This document shows positions 1 to 12,630 of a DNA stretch of 64,000 bases, one piece after another. Under the pieces are notes generated by a model. It did not search any database and was not told the origin of the DNA. It saw only the letters and a list, made by a program, of their open reading frames with translations. The translations under genes were made by a program, and so were the position numbers. Location: contig OX597824.1 of assembly GCA_951406725.2 (NCBI GenBank), forward strand, positions 43,834,001-43,898,000, written 5' to 3'. This DNA is from Octopus vulgaris (taxonomy: Eukaryota). The first letter of the stretch is position 1. Each line of letters begins with the position of its first letter.

Positions 1-324
1 GAAAATGCTTACACACAAAAATTTCTAACTACACATTCTCTATATTTTGTTTGCCTTGAGAAACTTGCTTGCTGAATATTATCATCTGCTTGTGCCAATT
101 TATGTTTTAATCTGTTCCCCCAACAAATTATTTTCCTCCACTTGCATCATTATTCTAATTCATTTTTAAAAAGTCATACAAATTCCAACAAGGAAATGAA
201 AATATTTCTTTTCTCTTCTCTAAATTATTTTATTTCTCCCTCTATTTTTCAATTATTCTAAAATTTTGAAAATATATGTATGCAGTTATGTAAGAGGAGT
301 GGTGTATTTGTGTGTGTGTGTGTG

Positions 325-974
325 TACGAAGGGAAGTCAAAAATTATCTGCACTTTTACCATAACATAACTTTATTATTGTCACACTGCCTTCTGTGCAT
401 GCATGCTTATAGTTGGTACTATAGTTGTCACATGATCGAAGTTTGAGCCTGATTGCAGCATTTTCCATTTCTGGCTTTACAGTGTAAGCATGGCCGTTCC
501 ACTAGCATTGTGCACCAATGAAGAACAAAGAGCAGTGATCCGAGAGATAGTAATGGTGAACTGGTTCACCATTACCATCTCTCAAGCTTGCAGAATCTTC
601 TCATCAGTGGTGGAGGTTGATATGTATCCTGTTCCAACCACTTTTAAACTTCTCAATCTACTCATACACATTTCTATGTGGTAGTGCACTGTCCCCATAT
701 TTTGCTAAAACTCTCCAATAAATTTCAGCACTTGATACACCTTCTGACCAGAAAAATTGGATCACTGCTCTTTGTTCTTTTTTGGTGCACATTGCTAGTG
801 GAGCAGCCATGCTTACACTGTAAAGCCAGAAAGAAAAATGGCACAATCAGGCTCAGACTTCGATCATGTGACCACAGTAGTACCAACTATAAGCACGCAT
901 GCACAAAAGGCAGTGTGACAATAAAAAAGATATGTTAAAGCGAAAGTGCAGATAATTTTTTACTTCTCCTCATA
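325..974. mobile_element. Mariner-derived fold-back element (MITE-like) with ~215 bp inverted arms
   Basis: 325-541 is the near reverse complement of 758-974, with TA at both ends. Both arms carry the transposase start (MAVPLALCTNEEQRAVIR on +; MAAPLAMCTKKEQRAVIQFFWSEG...KYGDSAL on -), a mariner N-terminal HTH. Confidence 0.85.
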
Positions 975-1513
975 TATATATGTATGTATGCAATTGTATC
1001 ATTATTATCATATTATTCTAAATTTACTGGTTGTTTGATATTGATATGCTTGTTTTAATGCACACACTTATCACTTTGCAATCATGGGATTCCAAATTCA
1101 ATTTAATTACACTCCATCATGGTTTGTGTCTTCTGTCATTTCCTTGGGTTAAATAAAAAACCCAATTGTGTCACAATATATTCTAAGTGGCTGAATATTA
1201 CACAGACACCATTTGAAATCTTCAGGCAAAAATCAGATTTTTTCACCACCACTTGACAAATATGAGCATTATGTTTTGCTAAAAAGGTCTGAAAAAACAT
1301 GAGATAAAACATATGCAGAGTTATCTCCCATTCTTGCTAAAATACTATCTTATCCTCAGCACATAAGAATTTCTTTTTACACTTTTGCTTCTCAATACAC
1401 TTAATATGTTAACTACAATTCAATGATTATGCAGTTCAGTTCACTGAATAACTGGAATACTAACCATTGAAACTAACAGAGTATTCTTGTACTTTTACTT
1501 ACATAAATACATA

Positions 1514-1544
<31 letters not shown>

Positions 1545-2049
1545 AGAACATATGCCATATTTTGCTGCATGGAAGATATGCTTTTTTCTTTTTAGAAAAT
1601 GCCTTGAAAATTATTATGCTTCTTTTACAGTGCTAATTGAGTTGTTGTCATTGTGTTCTTGGGTTAATTAATATTAGAACCTTACAAAGTCTGTTATTTC
1701 ATTACTTACCAATTGCATGTATTTTTTATACTATAAAACATTTGATTCAACTAATATTGTTGCTGTAAATACAATTACACTTACTCCCATAAATAAGAAA
1801 AAATAGGTTTATTAAACTTTTCTGTCACTGCACTGCCCTTGCTGCTGTGCTGTTTGTTTACTAATGGCAATGGTGTGGCAGTGCCATTTATTGAGAAATT
1901 TCAAAAGGTTGGCATCTCATCTCAATGAACAAGAATCTGTTGTTTATTCACACTTGAATATATAGAACTTAGTTCATTCACTGCCAGGTCTTCATTGGTG
2001 TAATAAGCCATTTTCAGTCCTGCAAGTTATCTCCCTCATCTATGGCAAG

Positions 2050-3060
2050 TATATCAAAGAAACATAAAATATATCACATTTAAACTTGATGTAGTCAAAT
2101 ATGACAAAGAACAGGGCAGCAGAGAACCACCACCTAATGGGAAGATGTTTCACCAGTGGAGGAGGCAAGAAGAAGGATTTGAAAAAGTGAATATACAGAA
2201 GCATAATCTTCATACATTACCAGAATAATGGACATACTTAGAAGAAAACAAATAAACATTGATATCAGACCAAAGAAACTTGGTGACAAAGAAGATGATC
2301 ACTACAATGATTGGCAACAAATACAGGATTTCAAAGGAACTGTACTAGTTTTTTCATTTCATGAAATGAAAACACTAATAAACAGTTAAATTTGTGAACA
2401 AAAATAAATTTAACTCGGAAAATGTTAGAAGAATATGAAGAGAGAATATTAGATTTACATAACTTTATTATTAATTTAAGAACACACAGTTCTCCGAAAC
2501 TCAATAAGATTGAGAATATAGCTGAGGTTCCTTTGACTTTTGATGTGTAAATGTAAAAGGGTTGAAATCAATGATTCTTAATACTATTAGATATAAAAAG
2601 ACTCACTGAACAACAGCTTTAGTTTATTGTATCAATGGATCCATACTACAAGCTCTTAATTTTCAAGAAAAATACATTATCAAAGGAAAAATTCCCAAAT
2701 AGCATTCATGTCATTGTATAACCCAAGTGATAGATGGAAAACCTGTGGTCCAAGCATTCTGGTAGCTACAATAAATATCACTGTTTGTATGGTATCAGTT
2801 TAGTGCTCACAGGTCTGTAAACATTAAAATGCTAGCAGAGAGGTTAAATACACAGCTGACAATAATTCCTGGTTGTCTGACTTCCCAATTACAGCCATTA
2901 GATGTCAGCATTAATAAACGCTTTAAGCATAACATGAGAAAATAAATGAATGAAAGAGAGGAATCTTGACATGACACCAATTGGAAGGATGAAATGCCTA
3001 TCATTATCTGATGTCAGTGAATTGATGCTGAAGTCATGGTCTGATATTACATAAGTCAAC
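2050..3060 (+). mobile_element. Degraded pogo/Tigger-family transposase fossil
   Basis: Frameshifted pieces translate to FKLDVVKY..(HQWRRQ), NIAEVPLTFDV and QLTIIPGCLTSQLQPLDVSINKRFKHNMR, which are typical pogo DDE motifs. Boundaries approximate. Confidence 0.8.
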
Positions 3061-3834
3061 ATTAAATACAATAATACCTAGCAGCAAACCACCAGACAGT
3101 GGGTTAGCTCACTTTGTTAGTTTATCTGGTGACTTCACTTAATACTGGGCATAAGCCTGCAAACTTGATAACAGGGCATTTAGCATGTGACCACTAGACA
3201 CTGCTTGATTGTATGCACTGAGCATTGGTAAATATTAAAAAAATTTGTCCTAGAATTACATTTCCAAAATCAGCTGCTCTCTTCCACAAAGCAACATCTA
3301 CCATGCCACAAAATACAGTATGTGTGTGTGTGCCTGTCTGTCTGTGTCTGTGTAAATATATAGATAATATATATATGCACATTTGCATGCATGCATATAC
3401 ACTCGCACTCTTGTACTTATATTTTTGATGATACATAATAATGGTGTTAAGCCAGCACATTTGTTTATAAATTAATGTATTTTTATGTCCTTTATCTTCC
3501 TTCAGGAAAAGTTGCAATCCTATTATTATTACAACACCTATTCCTGACTTCTTTCATATGTTTATTCTTTTATTGTTTTAGTCACTCAATTGCAGCAATG
3601 TGGGGCAGTACCATTAAGTTATTTTAGTTGATTATATTGACCCAGTTACTTTGTCTGGTCATTATTTTATCTACTTCAGTAAGATGTAAAGCAACATCAG
3701 CTTGAGCATAAAGAGACAAACCAAATATGAATATTGTTTGGTGCCACCACTTCTGCCATCTACCCTTGCTGATTTACATACATGCATACAAACATACAAG
3801 CATATCTACATATAAACTCACCTCCCTCAATACT

Positions 3835-4015
3835 ACACCCTTCAGTCAAGGGGTCTTATCTTGCAGGTAACTTCATAACCTTAGTACCATGTAAAACGCA
3901 TGCAGTGCACTCTGTAAAGTGGTTGGTATTAGGAAGGACATCCAGCAGTAGAAACCATGCCAAAGCAGACATTGGAGCCACACACTGTCCTCTGAGTCAC
4001 CAGCACTTGTTGAAG
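3835..4015 (+). repeat. Interspersed repeat (RTE-LINE-associated terminal segment)
   Basis: The motif cactctgtaaagtggttggtattaggaaggacatccagc recurs at ~6190-6220 (-), ~15465-15505 (+) and ~63830-63870 (+). The last two copies follow RTE ORF remnants. Confidence 0.6.
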
Positions 4016-4030
4016 CATATATATATATAT

Positions 4031-4345
4031 CACCGTGATCACCGTGACCGACCAGGTTATCAGATGTTGCTACACATCGCTGGTCACAATGTGCTTCGCA
4101 TTGTTTTAGCCTTCAAATGACACCACCCCGCTAGCTAAGCAAGCAGGCCAACAGAAGAAAGAGTGAGTAAAGTTGCGGCGAAAGAGTACAATAGGGATCG
4201 CCACCCCCCACCCCCCTGCCGGAGCCTTGTCGAGCTTTAGGTGTTTTCGCTCAATAAACACTCACAATGCCCGGTCTGGGAATCGAAACCGTGATCCTAC
4301 AACTGCGAGTCCGCTGCCTGAACCACTGGGCCATTGTGCTTCCAC
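4031..4345 (-). mobile_element. tRNA-derived SINE
   Basis: Minus-strand head GTGGAAGCACAATGGCCCAGTGG...GGTTTCGATTCCC has Pol III A and B boxes. Flanked by (TA)n on both sides. Confidence 0.8.
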
Positions 4346-4366
4346 ATATATATATATATATATATA

Positions 4367-4980
4367 TACTCTTTACTCTTACTCTTTTACTTGTTTCAGT
4401 CATGTGACTGTGGCCATGCTGGAGCACCGCCTTTAGTCGATCAAATCAACCCCAGAACATATTCTTTGTAAGCCTAGTACTTATTTTATCGGTCACTTTT
4501 TTTTTTGCCGAACCGCTAAGTGACGGGGGACGTAAACACACCAGCATCGGTTATCAAGCAATGCTAGGGGGACAAACACAGACACATACATATATATATA
4601 CATATATACGACATTGACTGCGGCCATGCTGGAGCACCGCCTTTTAATCGAGCAAATCGACCCCGGGACTTATTCTTTGTAAGCCCAGTACTTATTCTAT
4701 CGGTCTCTTTTGCCGAACCGCTAAGTGACGGGGACGTAAACACACCAGCATCAGTTGTCAAGCAATGCTAGGGGGACAAACACAGACACACACACACACA
4801 CTTACATATATATACAAATATACGACAGGCTTCTTTCAGTTTCCGTCTACAAATCCACTCACAAGGCATTGGTCGGCCCGGGGCTATAGCAGAAGACACT
4901 TGCCCAAGATGCCACGCAGTGGGACTAACCCGGAACCATGTGGTTGGTTAGCAAGCTACTTACCACACAGCCACTCCTGC

Positions 4981-4983
<3 letters not shown>
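4367..4983 (-). mobile_element. tRNA-derived SINE with internal tandem duplication of its 3' half
   Basis: Minus-strand head GGCGCAGGAGTGGCTGTGTGGTAAG...GGGTTAGTCCC. A ~210 bp unit is repeated at ~4405-4614 and ~4615-4826. Tail is AGAGTA-like. Embedded in (TA)n. Confidence 0.8.

Positions 4984-5075
<92 letters not shown>
4984..5075. repeat. (TA)n microsatellite
   Basis: Pure dinucleotide tract. Confidence 0.95.
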
Positions 5076-5078
<3 letters not shown>

Positions 5079-5239
5079 AGATATATCTACAGATAAGAGG
5101 AAAAATTCTATAAGAAAGGAACTCTAATCTCTCTTTTATATTTTGCTAAGCATAACAAATGCGCAACCGGTAAAAAGAACTTTCACCTAATTAAATTACT
5201 TAAATTACTTCAATTATTTGTCAGCATTTTCTTCATTTC

Positions 5240-5275
<36 letters not shown>

Positions 5276-6244
5276 TACACATATGCTGTAGTTACCTGTG
5301 TATAATGCACTGTAGTTCATTTTAACAGAGATAAAAAGAATAAATGTGTCCATGTATGCGAAATTACTATTACCACATATAAAAGTAAAAACAATTATAT
5401 CTTTTTATCAAATTATGATTTTTATTTCAGGTATTATCATCACAGACACACACACACATACATACACACGCACAAACACACATATACACACAAACACATG
5501 CACACATGTATGGCTATATGCATGTGCTCACTGACATAAATACATGCACATATATACACACATATTTATAAACACATAAAAACAAAATATATACAATTAA
5601 TTATATAAAAAACGGATAAACCCATTAATGCAATCTTGCAAGGAAATCCAAGTGCAGACAGATAAACAATGGAGCAATCATTGCTTAGAAGTAGAACTGA
5701 TGGTTTAAAGGAAAGGAGTAGAAGATAAGAAATAATTACTAAGTACAACTTCAGGTGAATTTTAGCTACAAAGTAGAGTTAAGTGAGGGTTATTTGCATA
5801 AGATTCAAGTAGATAAAAGAGTTCATTTGTTCAATCACAAGATAATGCTGTTTTTATTGATTAGAAAATGGCTAATTCAAATCATCTTTTATATGTGTTG
5901 TGTAATATTTGAAAGTTCCAATTTGTAAATAATGTTGACTATTACTTCATTCATTTTGTTTGACAAATGCTTGTCTACCAGTAAAATTTCCAGGATCTAC
6001 TGTGTGTATAACAACAATTTTACCTATCTCTTTAATAGGGTTTAGTGAAATTAATATACCATTCAAGTTTATATATGTCACCATCATTATCATTGTTTAA
6101 CATCCTCCTTCCCTGTTGGCATGGGTTGGAGCTGGGTAGGCAGGAGCTTGCACCATGCTTCTGTGTCTGTTTTGGCATGGTTTTTAGGGCTGGATACCCT
6201 TCCTAACACCAACCACTCCACAGTCCTCTCCTACTGATCTTTCC

Positions 6245-6600
6245 CAGGTGATCCTCAGACAGCATTCCTTTCTTTTCTCATCTGAAGTTTGCCTAGCCAA
6301 ATATTTCTCTGTTCTTCTAAACATATGGCATACTTCTCCACTTACATCTCACTGTTCAATGGCCAAGGTATTCCTGCTTGATTTTGGTTTGGGGACTTTT
6401 GTTGCTCGCAATTTCTGGATATCTAATGTTTAGGTTGCTTTTTAGGTCCTTGTTCATGAATGGTTGGTGCTTTCTGAAGATATTGGCCTTCATAACTTAA
6501 CACTATATAGTAGGAAGGATTTGACATTGCTGTTGAAAATTCTTAGCTTAATAGAGAAAGAGAGAGCCTATGTCGTATAGACTGGCTTTAAATGTTGAAA
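6245..6600 (-). mobile_element. Degraded RTE-clade LINE fragment (post-RT region)
   Basis: Minus strand encodes ...LSLSIKLRIFNSNVKSFLLYSV..., similar to the RTE KLRIFNSNVKSVLLYG motif. Confidence 0.6.
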
Positions 6601-6999
6601 ACTTAACTCACCTTTTCAAATCTCAATCCACTGTCCTTCTTTATACTTCTCTAAACTTCAAGATGCAGAGACCACACTTATGCAACATGTGATCTTTAAC
6701 CATGACAGAACTGGAGTCATCACTTTGAATTTTTATGATTTTTATCTGTCAAACCCTCCATTCAGTTTTTACTAGTATTTCTGCTCACTTGTCTACATTT
6801 TTTTTTTTTGGTTTTGGTTTTTCCTGTGTGCTTTGAACTTTCTGGATTGTTAGGCAAGTGTCATTTGCAAATTCTAGATCCTAGCGTCTACTCTTGTACC
6901 TATTATGTGCTTGGTGTACATAGTTTGATGCATCACCTAGTCAATCGCTTTTAAGACAACTGTTTACAATAGTAGACATTCCTGTAAAGGATGAAATGA

Positions 7000-7560
7000 T
7001 AAAACCCAATAGTTGTTGCAAACAGATAAGCAGCAGGCCCACATGATAGAGTACCTGAAACTTTGAAAGCAGATATCAACACAACTGCCAATTTTCTACA
7101 TCCATACTACAGAATGTAGGGAGGGAAAGCAAAGTACACACAGTGAAAGGAAAGCTACCTTGTAAAACTATCAAAACAAAAAGAAAAATCTTAGCTAGTG
7201 CATAAACTGATGTGGTATTATGTTTCTATCAATATCCAGCAAGGTATTCACAAGGACCATCCTTGAGAGTTTGAAACAATGCCATTGAACATGCAGAGCA
7301 AGTAAGATTTATGAATGACAAGTCCTGCATTGACTATATTCTTACACACCAGATAAACATTGCATAGTCACAGAAATGAGTTTCTTTTTCTTCCTAAGTT
7401 TAACTTCAAGAAAGCTTTCAATAGGAAAGCAATTTGGGGTCTACTCCATCACTACACACTCTTTCAAAAAGCTGTACTAAGATGCCTACTATCATGTAGC
7501 AGGTTGTTGAAACCTTTCAAAATAATATCTGAAGTAAAATATAATATTAGGAAATAACTG
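7000..7560 (+). mobile_element. Degraded RTE-clade LINE reverse transcriptase fragment
   Basis: Remnants SKVFTRTILE, EQVRFMNDKSCIDYI and FNFKKAF..RKAIWGLLHHY, matching RT subdomains 1-3, with frameshifts. Confidence 0.65.
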
Positions 7561-7915
7561 ATGTTTCACAGAAATATATATATACATATTATAGTAAAGT
7601 GAAGAAAATGGATCATCCATTGGTTTTACTGAGAAGTATTCTAGGTATTTGATTAATTCAGCTACCTTATTACACTATAAGTAGTTGAATGTTTCCTAGA
7701 ACCTTGATCCCTTAACGTTATCATTTGACAAAATCAGTATGACACTGTGATGAGGTTGGTTCTCATGAATTTTAGATACAGTTCATCTGACAAGCTTCCA
7801 CATAGTGTCCCTCTACTAAATTTCACTCAACCTAAAGCTAAGATTGAAGACACTTAGGCTTAAGATATAACATACTGGTAACAAACCCAAGACCTCAATT
7901 ATTGCAAAATGCCTT

Positions 7916-7947
<32 letters not shown>

Positions 7948-8214
7948 AACTAAATTTTTAAAACAAACTTGCTTACATGATTTTCGTTAATGTAAACTGT
8001 CTTTGATATATTTGTGATATATGTTTACAGTTTATTCAACATTCTAATATTTACTGTTTAATAATTACATATATCTGTTTCTTTATATATTTGTTTTAAG
8101 TTAGATTTTTCTAATTTACTCAGTATTTCATTATATGGAATAACCTTTTAATTGTTATCCTTTGTTTTATGATATAATGTTGATAATTTATTAAATATTG
8201 TATCATTCTTATAG

Positions 8215-8388
8215 GCCTTGGAAGACATAAATTTGAGAAAAAAACCAATTATGGGGCAGATCCTGAAGTATATGGATAAGTGTTTCACTGTGATATTTAT
8301 ATGTGAAATGTTTATAAAATGGTTTGCATTTGGATGGAAGAAATACTTCACGGATGCCTGGTGTTGGCTGGATTTCCTAATTGTAGCG
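8215..8388 (+). CDS. Nav1: Voltage-gated Na+ channel alpha subunit exon (DIII S1-S2 loop to S3)
   Basis: tag|GCC...GCG|gtaaaa, 174 nt. Encodes [11 protein letters not shown]...[16 protein letters not shown]. The upstream exons lie outside the window. Confidence 0.97.
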
Positions 8389-10039
8389 GTAAAATGGTGT
8401 TATATACATTTTTTCTTGGTTTCTATATATGATCAATTATCATGTATTGATAATTATGGAAACAAATCTCAATTTAATGTTCTGACCAAGAAAAAAATGT
8501 TCTTCATATTTGAATATTGTAGAGTTTCTCCCCTTCATTCTTACTTGTCATGGTTTGTCCAAATAATAATGTTCTGTCTGGAGAACATCAATGGTTAAAT
8601 TTAAATAGAAGTTTGGACTTTCTATTCATGGATCATTAGTCTTACAATTTAATCATTGATTAATTGTAACGTTTGTGTATGTATATATTTATATTTGTGT
8701 ATGTATATGTTGTACAACCCATATTTTCTCAATCTCAATTTACGCCTTGAAATCATGGACCCAAAAATCTGAAAATATATGCAGAGTAGAAGTTTTTGAA
8801 ATACAATGTTTACAGAACGTCCTATTGATGTCATTACAAGACAGGTATAGAAATACTTCTGTAAGAAAGGCTTCGCATGTGATAGATATTATTACAAATG
8901 TCACCCATGTAATAAGAAGGCCACTCAATAACTATGTAGCTCTGATATTCTACCAAGGCTACCCAATAATTACACAGCACTGATATTCTAACCAAACTTC
9001 TCGATCTCCACACTAAATGATAAACTGCCTAAGAGATGGATCATTCAGATCCCTGAAGATACAAGGTTATCACTTGCAACAGTAGAGACCAACTGAGACA
9101 ACTAGTATGCTTTTGTCTGAAAGCCAATACTGAAATATGTTGAATTAATGTAATGTACTGAATATGAATCCATGACATATGAACAGACAATCAACTAAAC
9201 ATGTCTATAAATCAGAATCATCTGACCTTTGTGCAGTGTGTGTGTGTGTGTGTGTGTGATCATCATCATTATTATTATCACCATTGTCATCCACTTTTCC
9301 ATGGTTACATGGGTCAAATGATAATAGGTCAGACCAGATTTGTTACTACTACTATACCAGCTGCACATTGGTAAATGAAGTGTCTCAATTACCTGAATTA
9401 GTTTGATGTTTTATAACTGAGCCAGCAGTTTTACATAGTTTATTTCTAGCAGAGTAGACTAAGATATGCAGAGCTATCTAATTACTTAAATACACAGACC
9501 ATTGTTTACAATTGGCAGCAAGTGTTCAGTAACTTATCTAATTAAACAGATATTCATAACATTGGTTTCTTCATCAAATTGCTTGGAACAAATGATTTGC
9601 TATACTTAACTTCATTTTCTTAGAATTTAAATGAACACAAACCAGCAGATTTAAAGATATCATTTACCACTTTCTGATTTACCACCAGTGCCTATTTAGA
9701 CTGATTATAGGCAGAAATTAAATGATCTTAATTGAGCATTCTTTGATCAATTCTAGTTTAGATATCAATAAATTGTACAATTATATACTAGTTTATATCA
9801 ATGATTCAAGTACCATGAATCAAGCTGTTGTAAATAAAATTTATCAGTTTTATATGCCAAGTTCACATTTTATCTCCAGATTGGTCTTTGAACAGTATTT
9901 GTAGAACCAGCGTTACTGGCTCTAAATGATTAATACTCAGATATGATGCTTTTTAAAGTCAATCTTCTTAAAATAATTTATTTATACTATAGTTTAGAAT
10001 ACTTTCACATCATAAACCATATTGTTTCTGAATAACGTT

Positions 10040-10290
10040 TTGCATATTGTATTTATTCATATTGTACTTGTCTTCAATTGATTTAGAGAAAGTCTTTGAC
10101 AGAGTCCCCCGATTCCTTATCTGGTGGTCAGTGTGGAAACTAGGGATAGATGAGTGGTTGGTGAGAGCAGTACAAGTCATGTACAGGGATGCTACTAATA
10201 AAGTGAGGGTTGATGAGTACAGCAAAGAATTCAGGTTACAAACAGGGGTTCATCAAGGATCAGTCCTCATCCCCCATTCCTTGTTCAAAA
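10040..10290 (+). mobile_element. RTE LINE RT fragment
   Basis: IDLEKVFDRVPR...YRDATNKVRV...GVHQGSVL. Confidence 0.85.
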
Positions 10291-10321
10291 TTTGAAGTGT
10301 GGGTAGCATTATACTTGAGTG

Positions 10322-11611
10322 TACAAGGGTGGACTGAAAAGCTCACTAGCTAACTATGAAGGATTGATGCTATAGCTGTGAAATCTTGCATGCATTAATT
10401 TCAACTCTTCTTATTAATAATTGAATTATTTCTTTCCAGGTAAGCTGACATCTGACTGTTCAAAGAAGACTTCAAAAGAAAATAGTAGTGGCTTCTCTTG
10501 ATAATGGACAAAATTTAGCATCATGGTATTATCATGTATCTGCAGTAAAAGGGTTTATCCCCCAAGGACATTCATGCTGACATGGATGCTACATTAGGGG
10601 ATGGTACTCCAGCTTTATCAACGGTGTAAAAGTGACTAGCTAAATTTAGGAAGTAGAGGGAGAGTCTTGAAGATGACCCAACATCTGGACATCTTACAAG
10701 TGCAGGATATCCAATGCAAGTGCAAGGAAAACATTGTGTTCACCACATGATAATGGATGACAAGCAATTGACTATAACTCAAATAGTCAATGCTATTAGC
10801 ATATCCCATGAGAGAGTTGGGACTATTCTGCACTATGAACATGACATGATAGAGGTTTCTGCTCGCTGGACAGTTTCTGACAACTGAGCAAAAGCACACC
10901 AAGCTGATCACATCATGGGAAAATCTGACATTGTTTCAGGCAGACCCAGCTGGTCTCCTCGAACATTTCCTAACCCAAGATGAGTGTTTGCTTTATCACT
11001 TTGAGCCAGAGACAAAGATACAATCCATGCAGTTGAAGCACCCTGCCTCACCTGCTCCAAACAAGGCTGAGATCATTTCATCAGCAGGGAAGGTGACAGC
11101 CTTAGTTTTTTGTGATGCATACAGAATTGTGTTTATTGACTATCTTCAAAAGGGCCACACCACTAATAGAGAGTACTATACCAACTTGCTGAGGCAATTA
11201 TGAAAGGCAATCAAGACCAAATGCCCAGGAAAAATGACAAAAGGGGTCTTGTTTCATCAAGACAATGCTCCAGCATTCAAGTCCTTGGTTTCAGTGGCTG
11301 CTGTGCATGACAATGGCTTCAAACTGATTGATCACCCTCTGTATTCTCTTGATTTGACCCCATCTGACTCATCTGTTCTCCAACATGAAAAAATACTTGG
11401 CTGGGAACTAGTATTGCAATGATGATGGCATCATATTTGCTGTTGATGACTTACCAACAGGATAAAAGTTTCTCCACCAATGAGATCCAAGCACTGCAAA
11501 ACCAATGGAAGAAGTGTGTGAACTGCAAGGTGAACTATGTTGAAAAGTAATATGATCACATTCCATGTGAGTGTCTTGGTTAGCCTATGAACTTTTCAGC
11601 TGACCCCGGTA
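10322..11611 (+). mobile_element. Near full-length degraded mariner (DD34D) transposon
   Basis: TIRs tacaagggtggactgaaaagctca and tgaacttttcagctgaccccggta. Transposase remnants QDECLLYHFEPETK, HQDNAP and HPLYSLDLTPSD, with stops and frameshifts. Confidence 0.9.
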
Positions 11612-12507
11612 AAACTAAGTAAATGTATCTTCATTCTTACATGTTTGTATCAGTGAATATGAAGACACTGAAGGTGGTAGTCCCAAGACAGCTAACCACT
11701 AATGTATGCACTTCACTGCCTGCAGCAATGAAGCACCATATTTGTAGAAAATATATCCAATGGCAATTGTTAATTCTTAGCAACTGTATAATTGTTAGAA
11801 CACTGGTGGTGTACAGTTATAAACTCTGTTGTTTAAAAGAGATCATTTAATTTCAAAACTTAGTTTAAAATATGAAAATTATATTATTGACATATGCTAG
11901 TTGTGAAAATAATACTTCTTCAAAATACAATCATATAATAAAAGTATGGATATGATAAAGAGACTTATTGCTTACAGCAAAATTTAAACTTAACATCATA
12001 AAATTTGCACTTATATTATGTTGGTTTTTAAAAGCTATAAATAAATATGACTGTACATGGGATCACATTTATATAAGTAGGTAAAATTAGTTATTGGTAA
12101 GTGGATGGGGATATATTGTATTCAAATGGTGTTGTACTGAAGTAAATATGGAAGATCTCATACAGTGCATTGAATTCTTATGAAGAAGCATTTATAATTG
12201 TCTGCACGTGATTTTCATGTGCTTTTTTCAGACCTTTTACTATCCATATTCAAACTATGTATCAGTTCCTCTATATATGCATTTATAAGAACTTACTAAT
12301 GCATCATAGTTTCAAGAGCTCATCTTGTTAAGAATTAATTTGTTATTATACATACCACACTTACACTCTGATTAGAAAAATTTACATGATTATATTTCTC
12401 TAAAAAGATGATCATGCTTCAGGGATAGTTAATCATTATTTTCTTTGATGATATGTTAAAGGCATCTTTAACTTCCATCTAATCATCACATTGAACTTGT
12501 ATTTTAG

Positions 12508-12630
12508 GTTTCAATTATCATGTTAGCCGCAGAAAGTATTGGTATGGGAAATCTCAGCGCATTTCGATCAATGAGAACTCTTCGCGCACTTCGACCGCTC
12601 AGAGCAGTATCCAGATGGGAAGGAATGAGG
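12508..12630 (+). CDS. Nav1: Nav1 exon (DIII S3-S4 voltage sensor)
   Basis: tag|GTT...AGG|gtaaga, 123 nt. Encodes [41 protein letters not shown]. Not recovered as protein in the supplied ORF track. Confidence 0.97.

Noticed and set aside
4230-4345. tRNA gene
   Set aside because: A and B boxes are present, but there is no proper acceptor stem and it continues into a SINE body.
1-8214. Further upstream Nav exons
   Set aside because: I found no sequence encoding the DII-DIII linker or DIII S1. The region is TE and microsatellite sequence, presumably intron.
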